Source: Ostrea edulis
Lineage: Eukaryota
DNA: 64,000 bases
Direction of reading: 5' to 3'
NCBI RefSeq assembly: GCF_947568905.1
Contig: NC_079170.1
Coordinates: 49,166,001 to 49,230,000, forward strand
Made by a program: the position numbers and the translations under genes. Positions 1 to 11,752 of this stretch are shown here, one piece after another (within the stretch, counting starts at the first letter, position 1; each line of letters opens with the position of its first letter). The notes beneath the pieces are model-generated. The model had not been told where the DNA came from, did not search any database, and saw nothing but the letters and a program-made list of their open reading frames with translations.

Positions 1-1173
1 ACAGAATCAGATGTTTGAGCATATGGGGTTGACTGTAAAGCCAAACATAGTTATGTTTTGAATTTTAGACTGACTAGGGTCAGAAGCTACAAGTTTAGTG
101 TCAAAATAGAATGGGGTGCATAGTCTTATGAGATTAGCATTTTTATACTGTTGCGCACCGAACTTCAAAGAAAATTATTTATTAAAATTGCTATGTCCAT
201 ATCAATGGTGACCGACCGCATCGTTTATGAAATATTCGAACTAAAATCAAACACATCAAAATCAAAATCTTGTAATCAACGAGTTTGGCCGCAAAAACAA
301 ACAATTGATGTATTCATATATACATTATACACAATAATACGACCAATTTAATTACCGGTCGGTTCTCTGGTTAAGAATTGACATTAATGTGGAGATGATA
401 ACACGAAAATGAATACGACTTTAAATGTTAAACAATTGACCACAGCAGGGTAAACAGCTGTCCGATGTACTTTATTACATAATCACCGACTTTCCTGTGT
501 GCACTGGAGTGACGCGAGATTTCCGGTCGCACGCGTTGACTGAATAAACAGATTTTGACTGCATAAACAAACAGGCTATAATGCGTCACTGACAAAGGAT
601 TTAAAATACAATTTATTGCAAAAAGGGATTTTCGCCACTTTCAATTTTTTTTCGCCATTTTTGAAAAAAATTCGCCATTGGCAAAAATGGCGAAGCCCAG
701 CTCGAGCACTGGAGGTATATGGCGGTCAGTCAGGGTTATATAGCCAGTGGTCAAATAGCTCAGTTGGTAGAGCACCTGACTAGTGATTCAGGTTCAAATC
801 AAGGTCACTTCCATTACATATTCTCCCTTCCTGTTACATTGGTGCCATTACTGCCCATCAGAGACATATCTAAAGGTCTTTGGTGCCATAGATATATACA
901 TGTCTAGATGTCAAATAGCTCCTTAAACCCTGATTGTCAAATGGGTTCCATCGCCAGTCCCGGATCAGACTGGCCTGGCCAGGTCATGATTCGTAGTCTA
1001 TCGTAGAGCACCTGATTAAAGTCAAGAGATCCATGGGACCCGGGTTCGAGTCCTGCTTTGGTCCATTACAATGACAATTGTCTCCCTTAAATGCTTGTTA
1101 CAGAGGCATTAATCAAGGGCTAGTACGATGTAGGCATAGGCTTAGAAAAGTTTTAACTTAAAAGACTACTTAC

Positions 1174-1247
1174 CTGCAAGAAACGCTGATTTCAACTTGA
1201 GTTGATGGGTTTACGGCTCCACCAGGAACAAACCCCTGATTCGCCAT
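1174..1247 (-). CDS. Copine (C2-domain Ca2+/phospholipid-binding protein, CPNE5/8/9-like), first coding exon only; gene continues off the left edge
   Basis: ATG at 1247 gives MANQGFVPGGAVNPSTQVEISVSC-R, followed by a strong donor CAG|GTAAGT (GT at 1173-1172). It resembles the copine N-terminus (P.T.VEI.VSCR) just before the first C2 domain. An upstream acceptor (ttgtgtag) lies at about 1271-1272. Not in the ORF track because it is too short. Confidence 0.75.
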
Positions 1248-1629
1248 TTTCGTCCTTTTTGTTAACTTTTCTACACAATGTAAAGGAGTATCATCGCATA
1301 TTCTTTAGTTTTAGTTTATCTGATCTCGACTTAAGAATATACAGGCGAAATATCAAAATAAACACTACAACAGGTCTTGGTTAAATCAGTTTTATAAACA
1401 CCCCTCCCTTTTCTGTTAACTTCCGGTTAAGAAAAACACAAACTCATACTGTAGAATTCCGGATAAAGGAATTGATAATAAGAAACAAGGAAGACAAACA
1501 TATCTTGCATTAGGCGATCACGACAGATGTTGTTTGTTCAAAATGATATCCTAATATACGGGGGAAAATATTTATAATCATGATATAATAATATTTGTTC
1601 TTGAAATTGTTCAACCCCTTAAAGTAAAC

Positions 1630-1721
1630 AGTGGCGGATCAAGGTAAGTACATGCATTTTGTGACAGTCTGGGGGGTTCCAATCCCCCCTTAAATTTTTT
1701 TTATATCTGCATCTCATTTGC

Positions 1722-1780
<59 letters not shown>

Positions 1781-2114
1781 TCCAGTGGCAGATCTAGACC
1801 TTACTGTGGGGGGTTGAGGGCTGAAGTCCGGGGGGGGGGGGGCTTTCCCGGGGAAATTTTTTAAAAAGATTGATTTAAAATGATGCATTTTAATGCATTT
1901 TCAACTGAAATTCTTGTTCCTCCCCTGTGAAAATTTTAAAAAGATTGCTTTAAAATGGTGCATTTTAATGCATTTTCGTCTAAAATTCTTGTTCCTTCTT
2001 ACTTTCATTAGTTACCACATCCTTTATAGGTTCGGGTGCGGTTAAAAAAAAGGAGAAGAGCCGGGAAGGGGGTGGTCGTACCCCCCTACCCACCCACCCC
2101 GTTAATCCGCCACT

Positions 2115-2116
<2 letters not shown>
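1630..2116. mobile_element. MITE with CAGTGGCGGAT / ATCCGCCACTG terminal inverted repeats (hAT-like ends)
   Basis: 11-bp TIRs at 1630 and about 2106-2116, with internal (CT)n and poly-G tracts. No clear target-site duplication (TSD). Confidence 0.5.
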
Positions 2117-2164
<48 letters not shown>

Positions 2165-2880
2165 CATGCATATCCCTCTCATATGTGAATCTATGATTAG
2201 TCTAAAAATATTTACTCTATAGGTCATTAATGTTTTTCAAATGTGTTGTCATCTTGATTTATCAACGATAATGATTCAAATGACTCCATTTTCTTTTTTC
2301 TTCAGAATATCGAAGCATACACGTATATTCATACGCCGGTATATAAGCTGAAAAACAGAAAACTGCATCAATTGTTGTGCATTAATTATACACTGTAAGT
2401 GATGCAAATAATTATACACTGTAGGTGAGGCAAATACGTTTTCCGTTTATTATTTTTATCGGTTGTATATTTCACAATGCATAACAAAAATGAAAAAAAA
2501 AATCTAACGCTATACAGTATACGATTAGGTATATTGATTTGATATGTTAACTTTATAATCTTGTATAATGGTGTGAAAATTTCGTAATTACGAGATCTTC
2601 TCAAGGTCCATCTGGCCATACTGGATTGATTAATTCGCAGGAAAAAAATATCACATCGAAACTTTATAGAGATCAGATTACTATGTGATGGTATCATGCA
2701 GTGTATATAACGAGATCGTGTCCCGTTAATGTTAATTAATCTCAGTGAAATTTGAAAACTACAATTAATTAATTATGATTTTTCTCCTTCTTAATGTCCG
2801 ATAATACATGTATTTATGATTATAGGAATGTCCAATGCTAAATAAAGGAAAATGGTGTGTGAAGACGTGAACTTGATAAA

Positions 2881-2937
<57 letters not shown>

Positions 2938-2940
<3 letters not shown>

Positions 2941-3071
2941 GCACTCGACGTTTTAAATATCTATAATTTTAAAAAAAAAATTGTCTTCCTGTTAACATAA
3001 TATTCACATGAATATTATGTTTACAAGAAGACTTTTTTTTTATTATAGATATTTAAAACGTCGAGTGCCTG
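2938..3071. mobile_element. 134-bp foldback (palindromic) MITE inside a (CT)n tract
   Basis: Perfect 30-bp inverted termini CAGGCACTCGACGTTTTAAATATCTATAAT, with near-perfect pairing to the centre. A half copy occurs at about 25514-25545. Confidence 0.75.
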
Positions 3072-3114
3072 TGCTCTCGAGCTCTCTCCTCTCTCTCATT
3101 CATATGGGTCTGAT

Positions 3115-3173
<59 letters not shown>

Positions 3174-3877
3174 ATATACATGTATGAATAAACATATTAT
3201 ACCAATACCATTTTCGGGCCGGTGGTTCAGCGGTTAAAATCGAATTTGCTTCGTGACCGGTAGGATACCCTACCTGTACCTTGACCGCGTTGACTCAACC
3301 TTGGACGTACATGTAAATATAGATAGTGTTTGCTCTTCGCCGAACACTTAGAAGCTTTCGGAGGAGACCATAAAAACCACTGTCCCGTGCCTCAAAATAG
3401 AGCACCGTTTCCATGGTTTCCAACCCGGACAGTGGTTTATCAATCGCGTATATGTACATTGTTACTAGTCGGTTATTTTTTAATTCTATTTTTGGTTACG
3501 GAAAGGGACGAACGTGATCCAATATTGAGGTTTATATTTCAGTCGTAGAAGATACAGAAAAATGCCGTATTTAGCAACCCTATATTTCATTTTTTTAAAA
3601 ATCTTATATATACTAATTGGCAATACCTTTTCATTTCTATCTGGAAATAGATTTTTTTAAATTATATTTTTTTTTTTACAACAGGCATATACAGATCTAG
3701 ACAGACGGACGAGCGAAGATGACAAATAAACAGACAGAAAGACGGACGAATGAAAACTATATACATGCACCCGAGTCCTGCATTCCGAGCAAAAACAAAT
3801 ACAGTTCTATAGCTAAATTTCTGAACATATTCCAAAAAATAGATAGATAAATAGTTTCATTTTAGGTAACGTGTACT

Positions 3878-4161
3878 CAGGGCCGTATATTAACCTTCAA
3901 TTTGGAGGAGGCAGGAAATTAGGCACATTTTGTGCACACTGAACACGTTTCGTGCAAAATCCTTGATTCTAGGGCCTTCTAAGATGTTACTTGACTAACT
4001 CATTCTAAAAAAAGATTTGGAATGCTTTTTAAGGGAGGTATCATGTTCTTAGTTATTGGAAACAACATAAATTCTAATGAACTTTAAATTTTAATTTTTT
4101 TTTGGCTCAAAAGTTGGAGGAGGCAGCTGCCTCCTCCGCCTCCATGTAATTTACGGCCCTG
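3878..4161. mobile_element. hAT-type MITE, 284 bp
   Basis: TIR CAGGGCCGTA / TACGGCCCTG and an exact 8-bp TSD CGTGTACT at 3870-3877 and 4162-4169. Confidence 0.8.
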
Positions 4162-4383
4162 CGTGTACTTAAAGCATGCTCAGACTTTGCTTAGGGCAGG
4201 CAACGCGGTCAAAGTCTAGAGGACTAAGTCACTTCACTGTGGCGCGTCCACGGCCACCATTGTATCATCATGTATACGTACACAGCTAAAGGATATCTAA
4301 ACTTTGTTACTAACAGTGAAAAAAAAGCAAAATCTCGATAACTCAAAACTGGGTTGAAAGGGGGGGAAGGAATGAGTGGGTCT

Positions 4384-4427
<44 letters not shown>

Positions 4428-5402
4428 CTACACTACTAACCCAACCTAACAACCCCACCATGCCTCCAGTAAAACGACGATGAGTTTATGTCGTCAAATC
4501 TATAAAAATTATGCATTATGGGATATATAAAAAATGGAAGCAAGTGCCCCCCCCCCCCATAATACAGACAAAAATTACAAATATCCTTTACATTTCGTAA
4601 TTTGACCTTTTACAACTATGTACATGTAGGTTTTTATGCCAAGTACTCTTATCGAGAAATGAAATTGCAATAGTACGTAGATAACAAAGATTTATCACTA
4701 ACAAAACAATTTATGTAAATAAATTGATTATTAAACCGCACGATTACGACATTAATACATGTATCTCATAGCATTTGGCATGATAGTGAGCAGCGGGGAC
4801 CGATCCAGCCTGTATATCATTTAGTTGTAATGTAACGAGGCCGAGGGTTGGGTCATCGCCAGCTAGGGTCAATGTTTTTAAACTAACAGAAAATGCTGAA
4901 TGTATTATTAGATAATCATAAAGGAGACTTCAACGAAGAAGAAAGAATGTTAATCCATGCAGCTAAAATGAAAAAGTGTAAGAACACAAGTTCTTTAAAA
5001 TCAAATTGGCGTTAGCCCGTCTCCTAAAACAACGATTTTATGAAGTGTAAAGGCGAAGTCATAGTATTACTTTTTTCTTCAAAATGATTTTATAAAGAAA
5101 GTCTCCCGGCTTTTATTCTTTCCATTTAATGCATATGCACGCGGTTTCACCTTAAAACTTTCCGCACCGTATTCACAGCAATTGCATACATAGTATTTAA
5201 GCGTTAGTGAATCTAATTGCATAAAGAAGATATATTGTTTAAAGAAAGGGGCTTTTCATACAGGGTTACCAACCGTTACAAACGGTTCAAAATACGAAAA
5301 CAACTGTTCGAAACTTGATACATTTAAAATGAAAACCATTCTAACGAAAAGTCTTCCCATGGCAATACACATTCGCAACGTCTAATGTGAAAGCCCACGT
5401 TC

Positions 5403-6730
5403 ATGGCGGACAGTGTTAAGCGAGCGGTTGGTGCACAACCTTCCTCCCAGAAAGACAATGAACAAGTCGCCAAACCTCCCAAAAAGGACGGTGTTGTGGT
5501 AGGGGTGAAAGAAACGGTTCTGCCTGAAAAAAATAACAGCAGTGGATCTATAAGAAAAACCACACACGAACCCAAGGACAAGAATGGATATGTCAATTTA
5601 GGCTACACCCCAGGGAACTCTCCCCGAGGCAAGGCCGCGGTCCAGCATAACGGGTATGCTTTTGGTAGTAAAAGTGGACCTGCATCCTCAGAAAGCACAA
5701 TACTTCCCTTTCTTAAGGAGAGCATGTACACAGATACGATTCTAGTGGTGGAGGGCAAAAAGTTTTATATACATCGATCGCTGCTTGGATATGCATCAGA
5801 ACATTTTCAGAAGCTTTTTACGGTTGCACATGCAGTCAATGCAGTGGGTGAGAAGAAGACAAAACCGGAAGTGGTCATCAAGGACAAGACATATAATGAC
5901 TTCTTGGAACTTCTCGCATTTTTTCATCCCGGTGTCGCTCGGGACTTGACAGGTATCAGTTATATGAATCGTGCTGAAATTAACGAAGACTATCGCCATA
6001 CACACTTCAAATTTTTCAAAAGTTAAAAGTATGTGAAATTTTATTTCATTTATCTTAAATTCCATATCATATACCCATTTAACCTTCCATGACTATTCAT
6101 TTTCTTTTCTTTTTTCTAGAGAAAACAGCGATTCGATTACTACCAATCGCAGACGAATATGATATGCAACCTCTGAAAAAAAGATGTGAAATTGTGCTAG
6201 TAAACCATCTGAAGAAAAATTCTTCACTCTTTAGTTCTAATACAAAGGGCCCCCCAACACAACGATTTAGACGCGATAATGCACCGGAAATATTATTAAA
6301 ATGTACAAGAGCAGCCGATAAAGGAAACTCTAAGGCAGTTTTGGATCAGTGTCTGAAAGTTTTTGCGAACCCGGACATCCCTTTGAAAGACCTCAAGTCT
6401 AGCACCGACATATCCGATCAAATCAAGGCCAAGGTCTTCGAAAGCCGTGTAGATACCACATCTAATAAATTAACCAGAGTGTTTGGAGAACTAGAGAAAG
6501 AAAAACACGAGAACACTCTTCTGAAAAAGCAGCTGAACGATCGATTCAATGTTCAGAAACCTGGACTACGCATGTCCATCGCAAGTTCTAATGACGTACA
6601 TCCCATTCCTTCGTCAGTCCCGGTGCTGCATGCGCACCATTATCACACTCATCACCGACAAAATATAGCAAACGGAAAGGACCAGCATAAATCACCACCC
6701 TCAACCAAACGAAACAGCTTCAAACACTGA
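5403..6730 (+). CDS. BTB/POZ domain protein (invertebrate BTB/MATH-like class), about 386 aa, 2 exons
   Basis: join(5403..5952,6120..6730), with a phase-1 GT-AG intron at 5953-6119 (ACA G|gtatca ... ttctag|AG AAA) that joins ORFs 5403 and 6089 in frame. BTB signature YTDTILVVEGKKFYIHRSLLGYASEHFQKLF...FLELLAFFHP...AIRLLPIADEYDMQPLKKRCE. Confidence 0.88.
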
Positions 6731-6928
6731 CACAGTTGTACAGAACTTAGTTGTATTTTTTTCCATACATGTGTTTGTGATGTTGTAGTATAATACAGTT
6801 TGTAACAACATTGTCTGTTCGTGTTTGTAAGGCTCATTATTACAACTGCATTTTAAACAAACTTGGCATTAATTCTACATTTGGTAATCCTACTTATACT
6901 TCAACTTCCCCATTAAAAAAAATGAAAT

Positions 6929-7192
6929 GGGTCAAATGCCGTCTGACGTGTTTCATATCAATTGTTAGGCCGTTCTTTACACACTGATTTTGACTACGGA
7001 TTACATGTACTTCGTTTACCTGAACAAGATATAGAGCCCACGGCGGGTGTGACCGGTCGACAGAGGATGTTTACTTCGAGGCACCTGGTCCCACAACTGG
7101 TATATCCGGGGATATCCGTGTTTGCCCAACTCTTAATTTTGCATTCTTTGTAGAAGTTATGAGATTGACCACTGTTATCTTCATCTTTTCAT
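6929..7192 (+). mobile_element. Penelope-like element 3' end fragment
   Basis: Matches the 3' terminus of the RT-bearing copy at 49309-50126 (GGGTCAAATG.GTCTGACGTGTTTCAT...CACGGCGGGTGTGACCGGTC...GAGATTGA..ACTGTT). Confidence 0.75.
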
Positions 7193-9435
7193 GATTTGCA
7201 CATGCAGTAAAAATTGTCTCGCATTAGACTCCGAAATTAGATAAGAGAGAGAGATTCGCTGAAAAGAAATACACAATGATTGCTTCATGAATTTATCGCC
7301 CAGTTACAAAATTGAAAATAACGGAGGGGTATCGAAGAAGCAAATCCCAATTAAAGTACAATGTATAAAAAACCCTCCTGAAATAAAGAGCAATTAAGCG
7401 TTTCTCTGCTTCGTATATACCAACTTTCCGACTTATTTTTTCTTTCGATATCAAATATACTTTTATAAGTTACTGATTATCAAATTTTTAATAATGTATT
7501 AGTTGAGAAGTGCTAGATGAAAATTTTATTATATTTTATCATTCGGATGTTTTCCCTTTGGTTGTTCTGTTTTCATAATCAGGTAAGAAAAAGATATCTA
7601 CATTTAATCAATGGATGAATAATAAAATATACCAGAATCGAAAAACTGCAGTTCTACAGTTCTGAGTATATTCAGTCTAAACAAAGTATAGTGCATTTTT
7701 GTAAAAGTACTGAATGTATATTTCTCATGAAATTATCGCAAATTTCACATCAATTCACGCAGCAATCATTCACAAACAAATAGCAAATTTCATGTGTACA
7801 GTACTAGTATGTACAGTATTACATGTATAGATCTATACATGTACTTGTATACATATGGAAAAGCAGGGGGAAATGCATGCATGTTTCGTATCATATTCTA
7901 TAATATATGTTTGACCTTTCCATGATAAATCATGAATATTGATGCGTCATCTCGAGATATTATTTTGGAGTTTTCTTTGAATTTTCACAGTTGATAATCC
8001 AGACATTTTGTACTTCACTATCAAATTTCTGATTAAATAAGAAAGTTTCGTTCCACTCTTGTAAACGCACGTTTTCTTTATTCATGTTTGCCTCTCTATC
8101 AAAATCGATCCTTTAACTTTGGTGTTCCGAATGACAATATACCAAGACAAAAGACTGGACGCACGGTGAGCGCACGGTAAACGCTTTGTGAACGGTGAAT
8201 GAGTGGTGAACGGTGAACGCAAAACTGTGAAGAGTGAGCGCACGGAAAAACGGTAAAGTAGAACGTTTCAGGGACTGTATATACATATGGGCATTACTAA
8301 GTTATTGCAGCAATTAAAGAAGGGGGGGGGGTGTAAATCTTTGAACGAATCGGAAATCGAACCCGGGACCCTAGCTTACATTACTATTTAAGTTATCTAA
8401 CCACCGACCAAACCTGGCCGATATACATGTTCGAAGTATTTAGTAATACATGTATTACTGCGATATGAAATTTAAGGAGATATACTACATCATCATAACG
8501 GCCGACTGAATGAAAATATAACTATATTTATATATAGCAATATTTGTCATGTACAATTACTGTAGCAACCACCACCCATTTTTTAAAAATTAATTAGCGT
8601 GTTGACAGCTGATCTGTAGATCGCGGATTCAGGTCCAGCAATTGCTTTATTTTTTTTCCCGATCACTTTCATCTAAAAGAACATTTTTGACCATATAAAG
8701 TAAATTTGAAATAATTCAAAATATTAATTATTGTACGATCATGTAATGTATATCACTTTTCTCGTTGTGTTGTGTTATATTCCTCCTTGACCCGAAACTT
8801 TAACAAAATCTCATCGAGGAGATTAGAAAAAATGACAGAAACGTCGCATATGACCTTAGATATTATGTGAAAATATAAATTAACAGCAAAATGCCTGCAT
8901 ATCATGACATGTCAATTTCTACCCAGAGTTGTAGTTATTAAACGACTAGTTTACGTACGATTTACTTACTAAAAATAAAAAAGCAAAACCAAACTCGTTC
9001 ACTTTCCGATCTGTTTTCAGAATTTTTGAGACCCGACGGCACGGTGTGTAAGAATCGATTATGTGTATCGAAAGATGACACTTGGATATATATTCTATAA
9101 GTGTTGGCAACAGTGGAAAGTACAAAGGTAAAATATTTACGGTTCTATTTCTGAAATCATTGAATAACAAATTTATCAATATTTCGAATTTCCTCATATC
9201 ACATCCCCACGGCTTACACATTATATATGTATGACAATAAATCAGAACAGTTTCCCCGAGTGGCAATTTTGTAACCCGGTTACAATATTGAATTTCTGTA
9301 GAATAAATGGCATGGTTTATTTTTATGACCATGTACATGCATGCTAAATTCACTTTTCCAACTCCTAATCATATAGATCCGCCACTACTTCAGTTGTGTT
9401 ATGAGTAAAGCAGGTTGCATTTTGACCAGTTAATC

Positions 9436-10035
9436 ATGTTAATAGTAATTGACTTTACTCACAAGTAACTTATGTACAGGGAATATGTTTGTAAAATCCT
9501 TTTTATTAGACTGAAAAGGATGGTTATTCAGAGTTAATCATTATATCTCACAGGTCCCTGGGTCATAATACATGCATGAATACACAAATGTATAAGGTTA
9601 GATGTGTATTCATATATTGTGACCCAAGCACCTGTGTTATATCTTACAATTTTCTAATCTCGGCGAGATTCGTCGAGGTTGGATATTTGGACCGACACCT
9701 CTTCGGAAGAGGCGCAGCATCAGTCCAAATATCCAGCCTCGACGAATCTCGCTGAGATTAACTGTTTTTCTATTAATAAATGTTGCATGGATTCATGAAT
9801 ATTATTGGTCACCATTAAGAATATTAAACATACCATTTTCCTTTATTTTAGAGTAACTCGAAATGTGGATGCATATTGCTATCAGTGTAAAACATTGGTC
9901 CATTTGGTGCTAGACACTGAGGATTTTGAAATCTTGCCAGGAAAAATCATCCGACTTACAGGAACTTGTGTTCAGTGTAACGCTCTAATAATAAAAAATC
10001 ATATTCTTAAGGGATGGCACAGAGCTCTCTTTTGA
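9436..10035 (+). CDS. Putative 70-aa zinc-ribbon micro-protein (CxxC-x26-CxxC), copy A
   Basis: Proposed join(9436..9464,9852..10035): acceptor ttttgaccag|ttaatcATG, donor CAC AA|gtaact (phase 2), acceptor ttattttag|A GTA. Product MLIVIDFTHKVTRNVDAYCYQCKTLVHLVLDTEDFEILPGKIIRLTGTCVQCNALIIKNHILKGWHRALF. The same structure is intact in copy B. AATAAA at about 10274. The exon-1 assignment is inference. Confidence 0.5.
9549..9636. mobile_element. 88-bp hAT-type MITE
   Basis: TIR CACAGGT(C/G)C(C/T)TGGGTCA and 8-bp TSD TTATATCT (9541-9548, 9637-9644). Absent from the paralogous site near 45740-45755. The same TIR appears as a fragment at about 50200-50216. Confidence 0.8.
9655..9760. mobile_element. 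106-bp self-complementary element (TAATCTCG...CTGAGATTA), Crypton-like or foldback MITE
   Basis: About 38-bp near-perfect inverted arms and an inner hairpin CCTCTTCGGAAGAGG. Absent from the paralogous site in copy B. Confidence 0.6.
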
Positions 10036-11752
10036 CAAGAAGGGTTGTTGTCACTTGTGTGTATAGATGAATACGTCCAAAAGACTTGCAGAATGTGCAG
10101 AGAAGCTTAGTACATCGGTTTTTACCCTAGACACATTCAAGTCAAGACAATGTGATGCTTTGTAACTCCAGGAGGTCGTGCCAAAATAATGTTTTTAATT
10201 TATTTGTTGTATATTAATCAAATTTTACTTCAATGATGAGAACATTGTGCATGTTATGATTATTGATCAGGTAATAAACAATTTTTAAAATGTATTATAT
10301 GTCTCTTTTCTTTCTTAGTTTATGGAGACATTGATAGGTACCTGTCATTTACCAGAGAAAGATTGGATATCACAGGATTGTATGTACATGTACATAAGTA
10401 TATTGTTTTACGTCCCATTTGAGAATTGTCAACTCATATTGAGATTTGAGACCTCAGGCTCACCATCACTAGATAAATCCTGCAAATTTGACCTATAGTT
10501 GGTGATTATGTCCGCAGAAGTAAGACTTCTTTATCATGCCAATTGCATATCATGACACAGGACCTCCATTTTTGAAAGACATGTAACTCGCTCCTGGTGA
10601 AGGAAGAACCTATGTTAAATGTCTTATGTTAAATATAGTGTCAGGAATCAAGAAGCAATCCTGGGTCTCCAGCAAAGGGGTGCTGGAGTCCTGAAATTTA
10701 CAATTTATGTCTCCGTTGTCCCAATGATGCTTCAAACCAACTTTGAAAAGAATTGGACTGGTAGTTATTAAGAAGCTAAAAATGTTCAATTGTTAATGTA
10801 CGACGGATGACAACCAATTGCAATAGGTCACCTGAGTAAACTTAAAAAACAAAAACTTGTAATGAACCTTCCAATGGAAGCAGCTTTTATTGGAAACAAA
10901 TCAATAAACAAAAGCAATCAAAATTGCATAACAACTGGTACAATATTTTTAATACATGTATGTAACACCTGAACATATTGTACATTTTGCCTGTTAATAT
11001 ATTATCTTGCATGACTATTGTAATATTTTAGAAGAGGGACTTGTAAGTTGTCAGAATGTTCCCAATCCTTTTAAAATATGTTCAAAGCAAAACCTGAACA
11101 TACACTGTACTCCTAATTTCAAAGATTTATGGACCCTGTACACATTTGAAGGTGGTCATATGGATGAACTCTAGGCTGATCTAATACGCTTTCTTGGGAA
11201 TCGCATCTGAACATTTAAATTAGTGAGGCCTATATGCATGTACATTCTGATCCACATTTACATGTTGATTTTATGCAATGATGTACATCAACACACATTT
11301 CATTCTGTAACAAAGGTTTTCTTACATTTAAAACATTTGTAGTTTATAGGCCATAATTATAAAATTCTCTCTCAATTTACTGTGCATCAGTTGTCCATGA
11401 AACAAAGTGTAGCTATCAAGTAAATCTTGTCTTCACGATGAAGAGTTTGATGAACCCATTTTTTTAAGCACAGCACAACTCAACAATGCAGCAATTTGGT
11501 AAGGAAATATATGTTTACGCAACTGAAAATACATAACATATTGTAAAATCACCCAGGTATCACATTTTCCTGGTTACTATTAATAAATTGAATTCTGTTT
11601 CAAATCATATATGGTATCTGTAACATTGATGTTTTAAAACTAGTAGATACACTGTATATTATTTCTTGAAAATTCCACTCTGTCCTGTCCTTGATATTTT
11701 TTTCTTTCGTAAATCACAAGTGAAGTCATTTGTTCTGCTGTCTTCCGAGTTT

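Noticed and set aside
735-850. tRNA gene candidates (also 25021, 35625, 52500, 20836, 44740)
   Set aside because: A/B boxes are present, but acceptor and anticodon stems do not pair, and the copies share non-tRNA flanks typical of SINE-like repeats.
10036-10130. Second CxxC ORF downstream of the micro-gene
   Set aside because: The frame is broken by indels in copy B.
11170-11210. Alternative last exon for PHYH-1 (ttcag|MRFPRKRIRSA*)
   Set aside because: The exon at 11753-11800 matches the paralog and the family C-terminus; this one has no similarity.
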